This document shows, piece by piece, positions 1-14,672 of a DNA stretch of 64,000 bases. Both the position numbers and the translations under genes were made by a program. Source of the stretch: Podarcis filfolensis (Eukaryota); NCBI GenBank assembly GCA_964270895.1, contig OZ185442.1; one strand, given 5' to 3'. Position 1 is the first letter of the stretch. Each line of letters starts with the position of its first letter. The notes under the pieces are model-generated. The model was not told where the DNA came from. It searched no databases and saw only the letters and a list, made by a program, of their open reading frames with translations.

Positions 1-732
1 ACTGCTAGGATGCAGGGCCAGCAAGAGCCTACCATGGAGCTAAAGAGCAACGGCAGCTCTTTAAAACCATGTTTGGCTCTGTGCTTCTAGAAAGCAGCCC
101 ATGGGGTCAGTTAGCTGGACAGAATATGCATTCTAATGCTTCAAACATGATATACAAAATGGATTGAAGACATGCACCTTTAAACAAACAAATCATTACA
201 TTAAGGCCTCCTGCCCCATGTACCAAAACATTTTCCTTCTCTTCTGCATATTACGCCTAGTTGTTAGGGCAAACCTCATGCAAAGGCCTCAAAGAAGCAA
301 CCAAAGGATGTTCCCCAGGCCTGTTTGGAGAACACCAGCAAGCCAAAAAATGCAACGTATGTTCAGCAGCAGGAGCAACAGCTGTGGCATAAGAACCAAA
401 AGCAAAGACAAATAGCTTCCAGGGGATCCTGGGCTCTTGAGGAACAAGAATAATCACAGTAATTAAAAAGCAATCTGTGAACTATTAGCTCAGCTGAAAG
501 GGTTTCAAAGCTGCAATGGCACATCAACTGACAGGCTGTGCTATCAATGGATTCCAATGCAGAGAATGTACTGGCTTCTGCATGTCCAGCTCCTCCTTAA
601 CTTTCATGTTTTAAATGCACCTCTAAGCTGACAATGTTACAAACTTGGATTTTGTATTTCTTGTGTTTTTGTCTTAAAATGCAAACTTCTCTGATTTGCT
701 CTTTATTTATAACAGTTCCCAGGTTTCCACCA

Positions 733-962
733 AAGGTCAGTATGATGTAGTGGACAGAGTGCTAGACTAGGACCTGAGAGACCAGGATTCAAATCCTCCC
801 ACTCAGTCATGAAGCTCACTGGGTGACTTTGGCCAGTCATTACCCCCCCCCCCAGCCTAACATACTTCACAGGTTTGTCACTGGGATTAAATGAGGAGGG
901 GTATCTGTGCCACCTTGCACTCCTTTGAGAAAAAGGTGGGATATAAATGCAATAAATAAAGA
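733..962 (+). mobile_element. Squam3-like (Ther1/MIR-derived) tRNA SINE, near full length
   Basis: tRNA-like head with A box (gatgtagtgg) and B box (ggattcaaatcc), CORE-like gaagctcactgggtgactttggccagtca, and 3' end aaggtgggatataaatgcaataaataaa. Family name from recalled consensus. Confidence 0.8.
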
Positions 963-1619
963 AATAATTTCAAAGTGTGCTCCTTTTACTTTCACCCATA
1001 TTAGTAATGGTTCCCATTCAATCCTGTGGATGAAAGCACTGTTCTTGGGACCTTGCTGCAGTGAGAGTAAAGACTTTCCCTCCATCCATGACATCTTTGA
1101 AAGGGATCCCAAAGAATAAGGCAATGTAGTGTACAAGTCCTTTCTGTACATAGACACCACCAACCATAATAACGTGCATTTGCTAGTACATAATAACATA
1201 GTAGGGTCTTTTTTAAATGATACTGTTAATGGGGTTTTAGGCAGAGACCACCTTTGCTCACAGGTAAATTGAGCTGCATGTAGCCAGCCCCTAACCAGAT
1301 AACATACTTGGCTTTGCACCCTTTTGCAATTTTACAAAAGAGCAGAATTACCCTTAAAACGTAAACTTTAGAAATAATGCATTGTTCCCGGAAGGGAGAA
1401 TACTGGAGAATATGGCAAGATGCTACACCAAGGTAGCAATGTTGTGCACACTTATTTGGGAATAAGCTCCACTGAATACAATGAGAACTACTTCCAAGTA
1501 AAAATGGTTAATTTTACACAGTGGAGTCTAAGCAAGTGAGATGTGCTAAATAAAGGATAAATGTGCATTTCCCACCTCATCACAGGCAGTTTAGTACATG
1601 ATCTATTTACTGCTGAAAT

Positions 1620-1623
<4 letters not shown>

Positions 1624-1685
<62 letters not shown>
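1624..1685. repeat. Compound microsatellite (TC)n(AC)n
   Basis: About 20 TC units directly followed by about 11 CA units. Confidence 0.95.
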
Positions 1686-4600
1686 TGTTTAACCAGGAAT
1701 CATCAGGGCCTCACAACAGTTAAAAAGAAAAGACAACAAGCAATTATGATGCACCAAACAATAAGACAAAACAAACACTTCATGGTGGAAATCAGATTGG
1801 AAAACTGGCATTCATACAAAGGCACGCTTTCTAATGAATCATTGATTAAAGTGGGGACGCAATTTCAGGATATTATCTAGTTGCTGGAGGAAAAGTTACC
1901 TCATCTAGGTCCCTTGTCTGTAAACCATTACAGAGGCTATTCTAGGGGGAAGAGATCTGAATCCAAGATATGCTAGCAGCATCAGATTCATCACCAGGAA
2001 AGTTGGGAGATATATATATATTTAATTATGCATCACGATTTCAAGAAAGTTTTATTTTCTCCAATTATGCAACTGGATAATTTGTTCAGAAGCTCTTACT
2101 GTGTGTGATTCTGGTGAGGATTTACAGCATCACTGTATAACAAAGACAATTTTCTGGATTATATTACAGGGATTTCATTTTGAAAATCAATTATTGTCCT
2201 AAATGTCCAATACCTCTGACTTTCTTTTTCTTTTCTTCTTTAAAGGTAACACATTTTTTTGCCATTCCTATATTTAAGGTCAAGAATGGGAAAATACCAG
2301 GTGCTTGTTTGACTAGACATACAAAAAACATTTAATGCTGTGTTCTAGAATGTGAAATATTCCAAGAAAAACTCCTCCTCTCTGTGTTGCTTTATAGACT
2401 CTATATTCCAAAATTTGGAATTTGAGAATTTTACATACTGTTCCAGATCCTATTATGCCTTTTAAAAATGTGAGCATGTGTGGGCTCTGTACTACAGTGC
2501 TGTCAAAGACCATTACTCCAGAGCAAATATAATCCCTGTTCCAAAATTGTTCAGGTTTATACTTATAGGAAGATTATTTAATTTTGAATGTCAAAGTTCT
2601 AGCAGAATACTTGGTAATAACAAAAGCAAACAATCCCATTGGGAACTACTCTTGCACCTGCAAAACTGAACTGAACCCATAATGATTAGCTTTGCATGTG
2701 AAGATGAAGTGCAGTTTTACGTAGATTCACTATGGGGTATCCCTTATTACAGTAAACATTCCACATGGACTGGAAGTGAAGGGTGAGGCCACAAGGAGAA
2801 AAGCTTTCCTGGTCAGTGAAGGCAAATTCTACATCAATACACAAAGCTACAAGCCATTGTGGATCCTGGAGAATGTGCGTTGCAAAGCCTCTACTTCTTC
2901 TGTTAAGTTGTTTTCTTTGGAGCCACTGCCAAAAGCTAATTGGCTGGTCATAGTTCAGGCTCAAGTTGGCTTAAGCAGTTAAGGAAGACTCTGCATAAAC
3001 TGGCTTCAGTAGACTGGCAGACTTGCTCATACACCAACAGTAACAGATGTTTAATGGACTACTTCTTGCCCCAAGAGGCTCTTTTACTGAACTCTCAGAC
3101 CATTACCAAAAATGAGCCAAACTACAGTGTTTGAAAGTGAGCTGATACATTGACTGGCCAAAGGCTTCTAATAAAAGCAGCCAAAAATCTGAGGCTGTTT
3201 AAAAATAAAAATAAAAACCCCATGCACAAATATCCCTCGAACCTTTCCTTTTGAAGTACAACCTGAGCCAGATTCTATAATTAGTCTCTGTTCTGAGAAA
3301 CATACAGAAGACAGCTTAAATGTTTGTCTACGACTTTTGGAGGTAGGGTTGTACAAACCTACAGTAAAGCCTTGCTAAAGAAACTGACTTCTCATGGAAG
3401 TGAATAAACCAAGATCAGGGAAGTGTAATCAGGACTTAGCTGTTGGAAATACAACAGAAGGGTAAGGACCAAGCTAAATGGCAATGGCCCAATTGCTTCC
3501 CCCACTTCTCCCCAATATGGGCTCTGCAGTGACTAATAAGTAGTGACTTGCCAAACTGGCTGGCTAGTGGGAAACATCCGGTTGCAACACAATGTAGCCA
3601 AAGTGGAAAATGATTGCCAAATATACTTCAAGGTCAAGGAGGACTTATTGCTTTTGTATAAATTTACACAAAAGTGCCTTCTAGACCAATAAATGTGAAC
3701 AAGGGGTCTAAGTCATGTCTGATTTGCCCCTTGAGAAATTCCTTATGGAATTAGTTTCATCAGAGTGCAAGAGCTCAGTTAAAGGGCTTAAAGGCAAGAA
3801 ATATGGATGTCTGCCAAAGTCTGCACAAAGTTCAAGAGGAAATAACATCCTAACCAATTTTTGTGCAGCATCTTATCAGCAAAAACTGGTTATACACTCT
3901 GATGAAAAGAATGGATAGGGGGAAACATTCACAGCCAGGGGTCTTTGGCTTTCAACCAGGAACTGCTGGTACCTAGACATGGAGAAGTAACAGTAAAAGG
4001 TTACAACTTGCAACTTCATAGCTCAGTAGTGGACTAGCATAGGGTAGTAGACCCAAGTCTTTTACTGGGATTTCTTGTTTGGGATCTTGGTTTAAATCCT
4101 TACCAACCTACAAAGCTCACTAGGTGGATTTAGGCAAGTTAATATTTCTTAAGAAAGTTTCAGCATGGTGTGGGAGCCCACATGCAAGTCCCACATAGTT
4201 CAGAAGTGGTCCTAAGGTTGCTTAAGTAAAAGACCAGCTATCCGTTATCTTATAGCTACAAGCTGGAACTGAGGGAGCCAGGAAAAGACATCTGGCAAGA
4301 ATAGTGTGCTTTGTGTTCAGACAAGCAAGTAGTAAGACGACAATGGCAAGGTGGTGAAAATTCTTGTGGAATAAACTTCATTATTTATTTGCCATCTAAC
4401 CAGTGAATGTGAATCTCATTGAGTGCTGCCTTTTGTCAACCTCAAAAGGCAAGCAAATCAAATCATGTTTGTGTTCAGCCCATATTTATCATTAAAATCG
4501 CGTCAAAATAAACTCACTTTTAACTAGGTAATTACCATTGCTCGTGCCAAGGAATTATGGTAACTGTAGTTTGTTGAAGGTACTTGGAATCCACTAATAA

Positions 4601-6483
4601 TTTTACACTGCAAAGCTGTGCTGATCTTCCAAAGTTCACTAGCATTACTTGGGCACAGTATCCTAGTTTTAGAAAAACTAAAGTAGCCCTTTGGTTTACA
4701 TTCAAAACATGAGGGCTATGCCAAATTCCACTGGGGGGGGGAGCAGAAACAAGTAGTAAAAGTAAGTAAACTTTACAAATGTTTTAATTTACATCATAAC
4801 TGGCAGGAGGAGTTTTCAAAAGAGAATTACAAGCAAAACAGCATATAAAATATGGCTTTTGTTGTCAGGGTAACAAAACATTGTTCCAACAGCATGCTAC
4901 ACAAAGCTGGTAGAAATTTGAAGGAAGAGCTGACAGTGGTTCAAATCTCATGTGAGCAAAAGGACAGGACAGCTGTGTTTCCCTTGCAAGTTCAAGAGAA
5001 GGAAATAAATACAGCATCTCCTGAGCTTTACCTGAGCAATTATGCAAATTGGCCCAACTTGGATCTGAAATCAGAAACTAAAGTGCCCTTTGTACTGGTC
5101 ACAAGGAAGAGCCAAAAAGGCCCCAACACTTTACAAAATACGCACATCTGCCACTCTGGTTGCTGCATGAGAAGAGAATCAGCAATTAGAAAAATAATGA
5201 AAAGCACACAGAAGTTGCTTTAATTAAACCAACAGGCAGATGCTTCACATCTCTTTGCCAACAAAGGATGTCATGAAAGTTGGACCACTGGGCACAGGTT
5301 CAGGGTCCCAGGCAGCCCAGGGGGCTTTGCAACATGAACCAATAAGCACCCCAACACCACTTGCTCACCTAGCCAGCCAAGAAGGAGGGAAGGAAGAAAG
5401 AGTGGTGCCACTGCTTCTCCCAACAAAAAGTGCAGGGCATTTGCTGTCAATCACATCCCCTTTGCAATGATGGAAAAAATGAAGTGGGATTATTCTATTG
5501 TGCCTTTAAAAATCAGATTTTTTTTCATTTTGGTTGAAGGTGTGTTCTCATCTAGTGTCTAGATCCCAAATCCAGCTCAGAACTTCGGTCTCAGAGAAAA
5601 GTTCTTCACCCATTCTCTCTCTGTGCATGTTTTCTAAGATTTATAGGGCAATATATCTAAGATGAAGAAACATTAAGAAAGCTTCTAGGCAGGCCTTGAG
5701 AAGGAATTTTAGTTGTTACTATTTACTATATTTTTATCCCAGTATTCAGTCTCCCAAAGTGGTTCACCTCAATGAAAAGAGAGTGGCATGGGCCCTGCCA
5801 TCAGGCTTACACACTAGAAACATAAAACATACAAGGGAAGAGGAGTGGAAGAGAAAACAAGAAGGAAGATCAGCCCTTCAAGGCCAAAACAAAGTGGTAA
5901 GCTACAAGCATTTATATGCAATCTGGGCCAAACTGAACTTCCATTGCTACTGTTTTTGTGTTCCCATTCAGTGCCTCTATTTTTTTATTTATTTTTGCAA
6001 GGCAAATGCATGGCAGCAGTGGTTCCCTTACAACTGCTTCTTCAGCCCTAGGACAACTAGCAACTGGAGTCAAGCATTCTTTTTGCCAGGTTTTTTTTTG
6101 GGGGGGGGGACACAGCAAGTTCCCAGATGCTGCTTCTTCTCTGGCCAGAAGATTGGGCCCAGTTAGTCTCCCAACTAGCCATGATGTCTTCATGGGAGGG
6201 AAGGGGTGCAGCCTCCCAGTGGCCCTTTGTCCTAAGAAGGGGTGATGCTTAAATAAATATTCTCATTACTTGAAGGAATTTCAGTTCATCCATGGACTGA
6301 TTAAATATGCACATGACTAAAACAAAACCAAAACTTATTTTGGTTTGTTTTTTAATGCAGCCACCATTATAAATAAACAAGACATTCCCTTGTGTGCAGC
6401 AATAACGCTTTTTCTAAGATGGTGCCTGCCATGAGCAGTTTTTGCCCACTTTAATGGCTTTCTAATCAATTAATCAATTGATT

Positions 6484-6976
6484 AAAAAGTAGAGACATCA
6501 CCTTGCCAACAAAGGTCCGTATAGTAAAAGCTATGGTTTTCCCAGTAGTGATGTATGGAAGTGAGAGCTGGACCATAAAGAAGGCTGATCGTCGAAGAAT
6601 TGATGCTTTTGAATTATGGTGCTGGAGGAGACTCTTGAGAGTCCCATGGACTGCAAGAAGATCAAACCTCTCCATTCTGAAGGAAATCAGCCCTGAGTGC
6701 TCTCTGGAAGGACAGATCGTGAAGCTGAGGCTCCAATACTTTGGCCACCTCATGAGAAGAGAAGACTCCCTGGAAAAGACCCTGATGTTGGGAAAGATGG
6801 AGGGCACAAGGAGAAGGGGACGACAGAGGACGAGATGGTTGGATAGTGTCTTCGAAGCTACAAACATGAGTCTGACCAAACTGCGGGACGCAGTGGTAGA
6901 CAGAAGTGCCTGGCGTGCTCTGGTCCATGGGGTCACGAAGAGTCGGACACGACTAAACGACTAAACAACAACAACA
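6484..6976 (+). mobile_element. 5'-truncated BovB (RTE clade) LINE
   Basis: Matches the BovB 3' end (gacatcaccttgccaacaaaggtccg...ggggtcacgaagagtcggacacgact). (CAA)n tail. Perfect 12-bp TSD aatcaattgatt at 6472-6483 and 6977-6988. Confidence 0.95.
6503..6964 (+). pseudogene. C-terminal remnant of BovB ORF, uninterrupted
   Basis: 153-aa ORF containing FPVVMYGSESWT, IDAFELWCWRRLLRVPW and RRRGRQRTRWLD, typical of the RTE C-terminus. It lacks the endonuclease and RT core, so it is not a functional protein. Confidence 0.88.
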
Positions 6977-9900
6977 AATCAATTGATTCAACTGATCAGA
7001 TAGTTAAAGGAAGGAGAAGCAGGAATTTTTTTTTTGTCCCTTCAGATGGATGGTCTTTATTGAAACTCATTTGACTATTGATATAATATCTGCTTTACAG
7101 GGGGAAAATGATTTCTCTTTGGAATGTCAGCTCGAGGCTCATATTTTAGACCCCTAAGTAGGCAAACCCCATTATTTTCATCCAACTCTTTCACAGCACA
7201 GAGCAGGGAAGAGCCTGCCATAAATGCACCACACATCTGCTTTCTCTTTCATCGCAGCAAAGACTGGACAAATGTTTATTATCCCCTGGTGAAGGATGAA
7301 AGGATGTGTCTTTCACACCAGCCTAATGATCCAAACATATTATTTCTTATTTTAAAGCCTTAAGGAGAGAATGAATCCTAGAAGGCTATCAGATTGTTTG
7401 GCTACGTCTTGTTCTAAATGTTAAGGTTACACAGATGGTGGCTTCCCATTTATGCAAGGCTCTGTAGTTGAAGACATTATCTCCCTCTTCCCCAATCAAG
7501 GTTATTTAACTTAATGCCAATAATCTGACATGTTAACACTATATAGCTCCTTTAAAAAGTGAACTGGGATTCAGTTAAACTTCCCACTGGGAAGATCAAG
7601 TGAAAACTTCTTTGTTCTAGTCAGGATTTTAGAGTTCAATGGGTTGATTGCATGAGAGAAATTGGATCCAAAACAGTTCAGGTGGATTCCTGGTATTGGG
7701 CTAACTGTCACATATTGGATCCTAGACAAACCCAAAACTTGTTAATGCTAGGCTATTTTCCAAGCTATTCTGGACTTCAAGTCCCAGCATGGCAACTCTC
7801 CTTGAAATGTAAGCTTGATCAACGGTTTATATAACGTTTTTATCCTGCTGTCACAAATGAACAAAAGTATCCATATCATAAACAGCAGGATAATCCTGGC
7901 TGCGACAATGTGTTATCTCAGAGCCATGTGGTCTCTCTCTCTCTCTTAAACTTTATTCCCAATTACTTAGTTGCTACTGAGAAGTGCCCACTCAGTGGTG
8001 TTACTTACAAAAAAATGTTTCATGCGCACAGCAGTTATTAACAGTTGGTGAAAACCAGGAAAGTATACCTTTATCTGAACTCAAGCGAATATATTATAAA
8101 TTAGACATGAAGCTCAGATATGGATGTAAATATATTTGTGCATTAATAAGAGAGTTTACTTACAAAAAGACTTCCCAGAAGCTTATGAAATGAGAATTCC
8201 TCTGTGGAAAATATAAATATTTATTTGCATCAGCCACTAGCCTTTGCAAATCCCTATGTGAAAGAATATTTGCTTTTGTTGGTCCAATAGCTTAAGTTGT
8301 ATTGAAGGGTGCTCAGTTATCAAAACTGAACAAAACAAGTCTCCAAGAGAGTCCTGAGGAGGTCTGCTGCCAAGTAATTGGGCTGGGTAGACCAGGACTT
8401 TGCTAAAGACAACTTGTTATACTCTTTATGTGCAGCTGCAGCAGACCCGCCAGCATCTCTAGTTCCTTTGTGGCCCATCACAAGTGTTGAAAAGTCTACA
8501 ACTCCACCTTGCTTTGCTGTGGGGCTTTGCGCTGGCCCAAATGACAGTCCCAGTCAGCTATTCCTGGCCTGTGGCTGACCTTGAGACAGCCCCCTCACAA
8601 TACAAAAATATATTTTGCTATCACCTGACCCACTGGACCAGCCAAAGTCCTCTCCGATGCCTTATCCGAATAGCGTCCAGCATGCATGGCAAGTTTTCCA
8701 ATCGGCAGATGATTGCCTTTTAAAGAAAAGTTTTTTGAATGTCTCCCAGTTTCTTTATGGGAAGCAGAGAGAGCAATATGGGGTGTGAATTTGAAGCAGA
8801 TTCTATGAAAGTTCTGGACCCAAAACTGTTGTTTTCTTAGTGTACACATCTGGCTTTCCCCAATATACTGCCAGTTCTGTAACTCAGTTGAATACCCAAC
8901 TGGGAGAATATAAAACTAGCATGGAACCAAAAATAAAGGCAAGAAGCACTAATTTGGGTTCAAGCAACACTTGTAATTAGCTGAACTAACCAACTAATAT
9001 TTACTAACGAGAAATGCTACTTTTCTATAAAAGCATAAAATGCAGAAATTGAGCTTTGAAGATGCAGAAAGGTATGTTTTCTTTTGCACACAAAAAGAAG
9101 ACTTAAAGAAAACTAGTTTTCTCACAATTAGAAAACAAAAAGCCCTATATTATAAATGAATAAAACACAAGCATGCAGTACCAATTGTCCCCTGCTTGCT
9201 GAACAAAATTGTCTTTCGCCAGCCAGAAAGTTTTACTCTATTTTCAGGGGAAATGGCCAGCAATCAACACTGACAGGTTGCAACTTGAGCATGTTAAAAG
9301 TCTGAGAAACTAATTAATGCTACAGAGGTTGCAATCCTTCTTATATTTTACATACACAAAATCCAGGATTTGGGGCTTCACCGTCTCCCCGTTTTCCTCT
9401 TAAAATCCATAAACTTTAAAATAAGAAGAAACCAAGAGCCATATTTAAGAAACACACAAAACTATAGAAGTCCAAGAACACTGCAGCTGATATATTTTAT
9501 ACTCCCCTTTCCAGCTGCAGTTTAAGTTTATCTAATGTAGATCTGTAAACTCAAAAAACAATTTCATGTAATCTCCTAAATGTAACCTTTCATTGCAGAC
9601 CTATATAGCTAGTATTGCTGAATTCCTTAAAATAGATTAAGTTTTTAAAATGGGGGAGGAGCCCATTTGGAGTGGATAAAATCTGGTTTTCGTACAGATT
9701 ACAATGCAATTAGATTTGCAGCTATCATATAGTTTCTGCAACTGCCTTGGGACTGAAAAACGGTCCTCCATATGTAGGTGAGAACATGGTACAGCTGTGT
9801 GGAAAAACCACCATCCATTTCTGTTTCCAAGGTCTTCATGCTCTCCCCCGTACTGGACTACTTGCCCCACTCTAGTAGTTGTGCTGACTTAAGAGGGCTA

Positions 9901-10432
9901 AAAAAAGCCCCTCTGGGTAGATAAGACAGGAAGAATCTAGCCATACGTTTGCAGTTAATGTACAGAAGAGACATTTAGGTATCATTCCAACTATATTTCC
10001 ATTCCCTTCCAAATAAAGACGGAATTCCCAGAAACAAATCTGTTCCCAGGGTCCCAAGCCTGAAATTCTTCATCTGGTTATGTCTTGCTATAAATCATGG
10101 CATTCATGGAAAGAGATCTCCAAATTTCATGCTACATGACCTTACACTATGTGACCTGCTCAAAATCCAGCTCTTATTTGCAGTACTTGCACGCAGCATT
10201 GACAGTTGATCACAAGTAGTGAATCCCTAGCCTATTCTGAAGGAATGGAAGAACAACCTATTTTGACCAGTTATTACAGCATAGCAATTTCCTAAGTTTT
10301 CCAAAAGAAACTAACAGGGGCATAATCTACCACCAAGCTTCTTGCACAAAAATTGATGAGAGAGAGAGAGACAGAGAGAGAGCGCGAGCACGCAGAGTTA
10401 ATTCTGGTCTTGGGTGACATTTTATCAGATGA

Positions 10433-10434
<2 letters not shown>

Positions 10435-10468
<34 letters not shown>
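10435..10468. repeat. (TG)17 microsatellite
   Basis: Read directly. An imperfect (GA)n run lies nearby at about 10358-10382. Confidence 0.95.
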
Positions 10469-10471
<3 letters not shown>

Positions 10472-13400
10472 TTCATTGTTCAGTCCTGTTCTGTAAAGGG
10501 CTCAGAAATCATTGCTGTGAAGTAGTATGGGAATTTAATAACTATTTTAAAAAAAAATTAATGTAGAGGGGTGCTCAATTGATGGCTCCCCTTCAAATTG
10601 TGCTCCAAATTGGCTTTAGGTGAAGCATCTCTTAAAATCTGGCACTGCATTGTACACCAGCCAGAGGATATGAAAAAATGGGAGCTCGCATGACCCAGAG
10701 GAAAGAGAGAGGTTGATTTGGAACTGGCAGGCCTGATTGTCACATCAGATCTCTTGGCCTCAGCTCCTCATCTGTATAGGACAATAATAATAGAGATGCA
10801 GTCTCAAACTGTTTAGTCCATCAGTTTAAAACTTAATTTATAACTTAGTGAGCAAATATTAATTGATAGGTCAGATATTTAATCTTGATTGGTTTGAGAT
10901 CATTTTCTTGTGTTACGTAATAGGGACTGAAGAATATAGTATCATAGGAGAGCTTTTCTTTCAAATAAATGATTATTAAATGGTGAATCATTTCACAATC
11001 CTTCCGTATCTCAATAGATGCCTATACTGAGTGTTGTTTTATGCACATTTAATTTGCTCAGCAGTCTAAGAGTAGATAATTAATCAACTAATATTCTTAG
11101 TTGACAGCTGGTAAGGAATAGTAGAGATCCACCTCACAGGGTTGTTAGGGCAAGCACATAATAAACGGCTGTTGGAATTGTGTATGGTAGTAATCAAATA
11201 TATAACTCTCTAGGAAATTCGCAGTTTATGAAAGCTCTCTCTCGCTCTCACTCTCCGGTCAGCTGTGTCATTAGTAAGGCTGCTCACATTTTTATGAGTA
11301 TTTGACATATGGGACTTTTTATGAGATTTTGATATTTTTATAATACGTTTCATCTGCTTCAACCCTGGCTTCTGCCTTGAATTCTCTACATTGATGGCTG
11401 CCCTCTGGCTTCTTTCCCCTTATGTTCATACTCTGTCATCCCCTCCACCAAATTCAGCACATGAACCTCCTAGCATGTATCTTTAATAAAATTTAATAAA
11501 TATATAAAAAAGGAAAGTGATGGTTTTAAATAAATTTGGCAAATTAGAGAAACGTATGAGCTGATGTAATCTTCCTGTTTTACAATGAATCAGATATTAG
11601 TTTGCCAAAAATTGATTTTTTTTTGTTTTGGCAAGGGCCAATATGGCAGCAGAAGGAGGCAGTGTGCCTGAGGGAAATCAGGAGGGCTTTGGAGCAGGGG
11701 AATGCAGCCAGAGGCCATGAGGCAAGGATACAAGGAGAACTTCACTAGCTGAGCACCTAACCCTTTCCCAGACACTGACTGTACTCTTCCAAATGTTTTC
11801 TCTGCCAGTGAAATGGTACAGTGAAAGGAAACCCACCTGACTTTTGGACTTATTTGGCCGGCACAATATTACTGAAGTCACCAGAACCAGCATGCATCAC
11901 TGGATGCAGTCTGCTCACTATAGAATAAGGGCACCTATTTTCTTCGACAGAAAGTTGGGGAAAGTGTGCCATCACTTTTGCTAAGAAATGTATGCCTTTG
12001 TGTGGAAAAAACTAGCTATGAGTAATGTTTACAAGGGACATACTATGGAATGAACCTTTGGCGACCCTTGGTATTTCTGTACTGGGTTCAAAATTTGCCA
12101 CAGTGTTAATTCCCACTGATGTACAAACATACTGTCATTCTGTGCAGATAATTGTGCTTTGCTCCTAATGACATTTACTGTGTTCTTTTCAGGGGCCCAC
12201 ACAGGCCTGTGCTACACTCATTACATGCTTTATTTACAAAGAATTCTTTTGATTGCAGTGCCAAGTTCCACAGAGATTGATGCCCTTCTTGAAATGATTA
12301 CAAATCAGTGGGATTTCACAATGCAAGAGCAGGACCCTTGCCTCTGACATTCAAGGATTAATGGCTGGCCTATCAAGACATGCAGAAAATGTGATGCAAA
12401 GTCCATGTGAACTGGGGTGAATGTGTGGGTACTAGAAGGCTAGAGGAATGTGCAACAGGTAGATCAGCAGCCACAAAGGAACTCTGGATGGGTTACCCAT
12501 TGCTAGCAGCAGCTGGTGAGGCAGTGTAACAACACATTTTAAGATGGTTTCACTTCCAGGTCTGGAAGTGGTTGCTTCTCACAAACAAAGGCCTTCCCTC
12601 CAGCATGTTGGGTAAAAAGTAATATTCACTGGGACACTCTCATGGGAGTTTTATATGCTACTTCTAGAGAGAAATATAAACACATGTGAGAAAACTGTTT
12701 TCACCCACTGCAATGCAAACAATGTCTGGTTTTCAGTAGGGTGAAGAAGGTACCCTTAATTCTACATTACAACCAAGATCCTGCATCCAGAGACTTTAAT
12801 GGTACCGCACCATACCATTAAGCAGAGATATTGAACCCACTACATAAACTGGACCCAGCAAATAAATCAGTCAGGGAGAGTGTCCTGGATCGGCTTCAAC
12901 ACCTTAATGTGTGGATTTAAAACACACAAACACACACACGATTTACAATATAAAAACACAAAAAGATATAACATAGTAACAAACAAAAACAATACCCCTT
13001 ACAATTTAGGGGGCCAGCAATTGTTTAATTAGCCAAAGGCTATATTATAGCTATATCACAATGTGCTAATATTCTCACTATTCCATCCCCCAACTGTTTT
13101 ATGAGATAGACTCATTACAATTAATAGCAAACCTAGAATGCAGTTTTTTGCTCAAGCCTATTCCAAAAGCCCATTGCAAAACCTCAGTTTCAGCTGGGAC
13201 ATGCAAGGCCCTGGTGTACTAGCTACAGGTCAGTGCCAACACTAAAACAAGATATCACTTGTTTGGGTGCATATGCTCAAATCAGTAATTCAGTATGCAC
13301 ATATTACAAATAAATATATTGCAGAGTCATCTTGAGAGAATTCATTTGTAGCTATTTGCTTTACATCTGTACTTTAAAGATAATGCCTATTGGTCTGTAG

Positions 13401-14672
13401 GCAAGTGGAGTGGAGAGAATGGCCAAGTTCTATCTTATTATTGTCAGGCTCATGCCTTCTGCTTCTATAATCTGCAAACAACAGTTTATTGCCCAAGAGG
13501 GTAGGAAACTCTTTTGAGGTTCATTTTTAAAGATGAATCTTTGTTTATTCCCAAATTTGATTGCAGCATGAGGCTTCCAGCCAAGGGAAACACAGCAATG
13601 AAACTGACCCATTAAACTAAAGGAGTGAGAGAGAGTTCCAGTCTGGGTAATGAAGGATGAAGCTCATGCTAAATTATGTGCTATTAAACAGACATCCAAT
13701 GGGTGTGACAGTCCTAAACTTTCTCAGAAACTACGAATTAGGCATAGCTGAGATATAAAGGATCAGGGTGAAAGAAAGAAAGAAAGAAAGAGGGAAAATA
13801 TCTGTAGTGTTGGCTTTTAAAGAAGTTACATAAATTATGTTTTTCCAGTTGATTATATCCACCAGCCTCTGCTTCTCCAAAAGAGCACATGATATTAGGA
13901 GTAACCAAAACAAGCTTGATATGGAATGGGAGACGCATTTTTTTAAAAAAAGTTGCTTTTGTTTGGAATTCTGTTAGATAACACCCAGAGTGGACCACCA
14001 AAGTACCAAGGCAAAGAAACAAAGCTGCACATTTCTCCACATTTACTCATTCTGAGAGAACAAAATGGAATGCCTGAGAAATGCTTCATGGCTTGTTTCT
14101 ATTTCTTAGCTATGACTATGAAATTCAGAGAAGAAATAAAGTCAAGAAGTTCAGCAGAAAGATCAGAGGAAGAGTGGAAAGAAAGAAAAGTGGAAAGCAG
14201 GCAAGGCAGCCCACCAAATTCCAACTCTTGGCAAGGCAAGGCAAGGCAACAACTGTCCAACTCCAAAGCAAACTAAGTCACCCAGTTGGCCCTGCCCAAG
14301 CAGGTGCTGTGGGGAAAGAAGGGTGAATAATCCATGGTGAGCCAAAGGCACACTACAAAGGAGAAAACACATCCACACACCCCACACACAATCAAAAGAT
14401 CACTACCAAGCCATCTTGAGGGGGAAATTCTTTTAGCTCACAACAGGACTAGACAGATGCAGAGCACTACCAAAATTTTATACTATCCATCAACGTGAAA
14501 AGGCAAAACTGTCTGCTTCTGGAGTGTGATGATTATTCCCATTTCAAAAAAAAGTGATAAAGCAAGTAGGAGGAAGTGGTTTATTATACTCTCTACTTTT
14601 AAAACCCTCTACTTTTAAAACCCAAAATAAAAACACACATTACTAACAAGTTAAACACAACAATAATCAGAG

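Noticed and set aside
733-800. tRNA genes (also at 14792, 36930, 61149 and the minus-strand SINE heads)
   Set aside because: A and B boxes continue into SINE bodies with tails or TSDs. There is no complete cloverleaf or T-run terminator.
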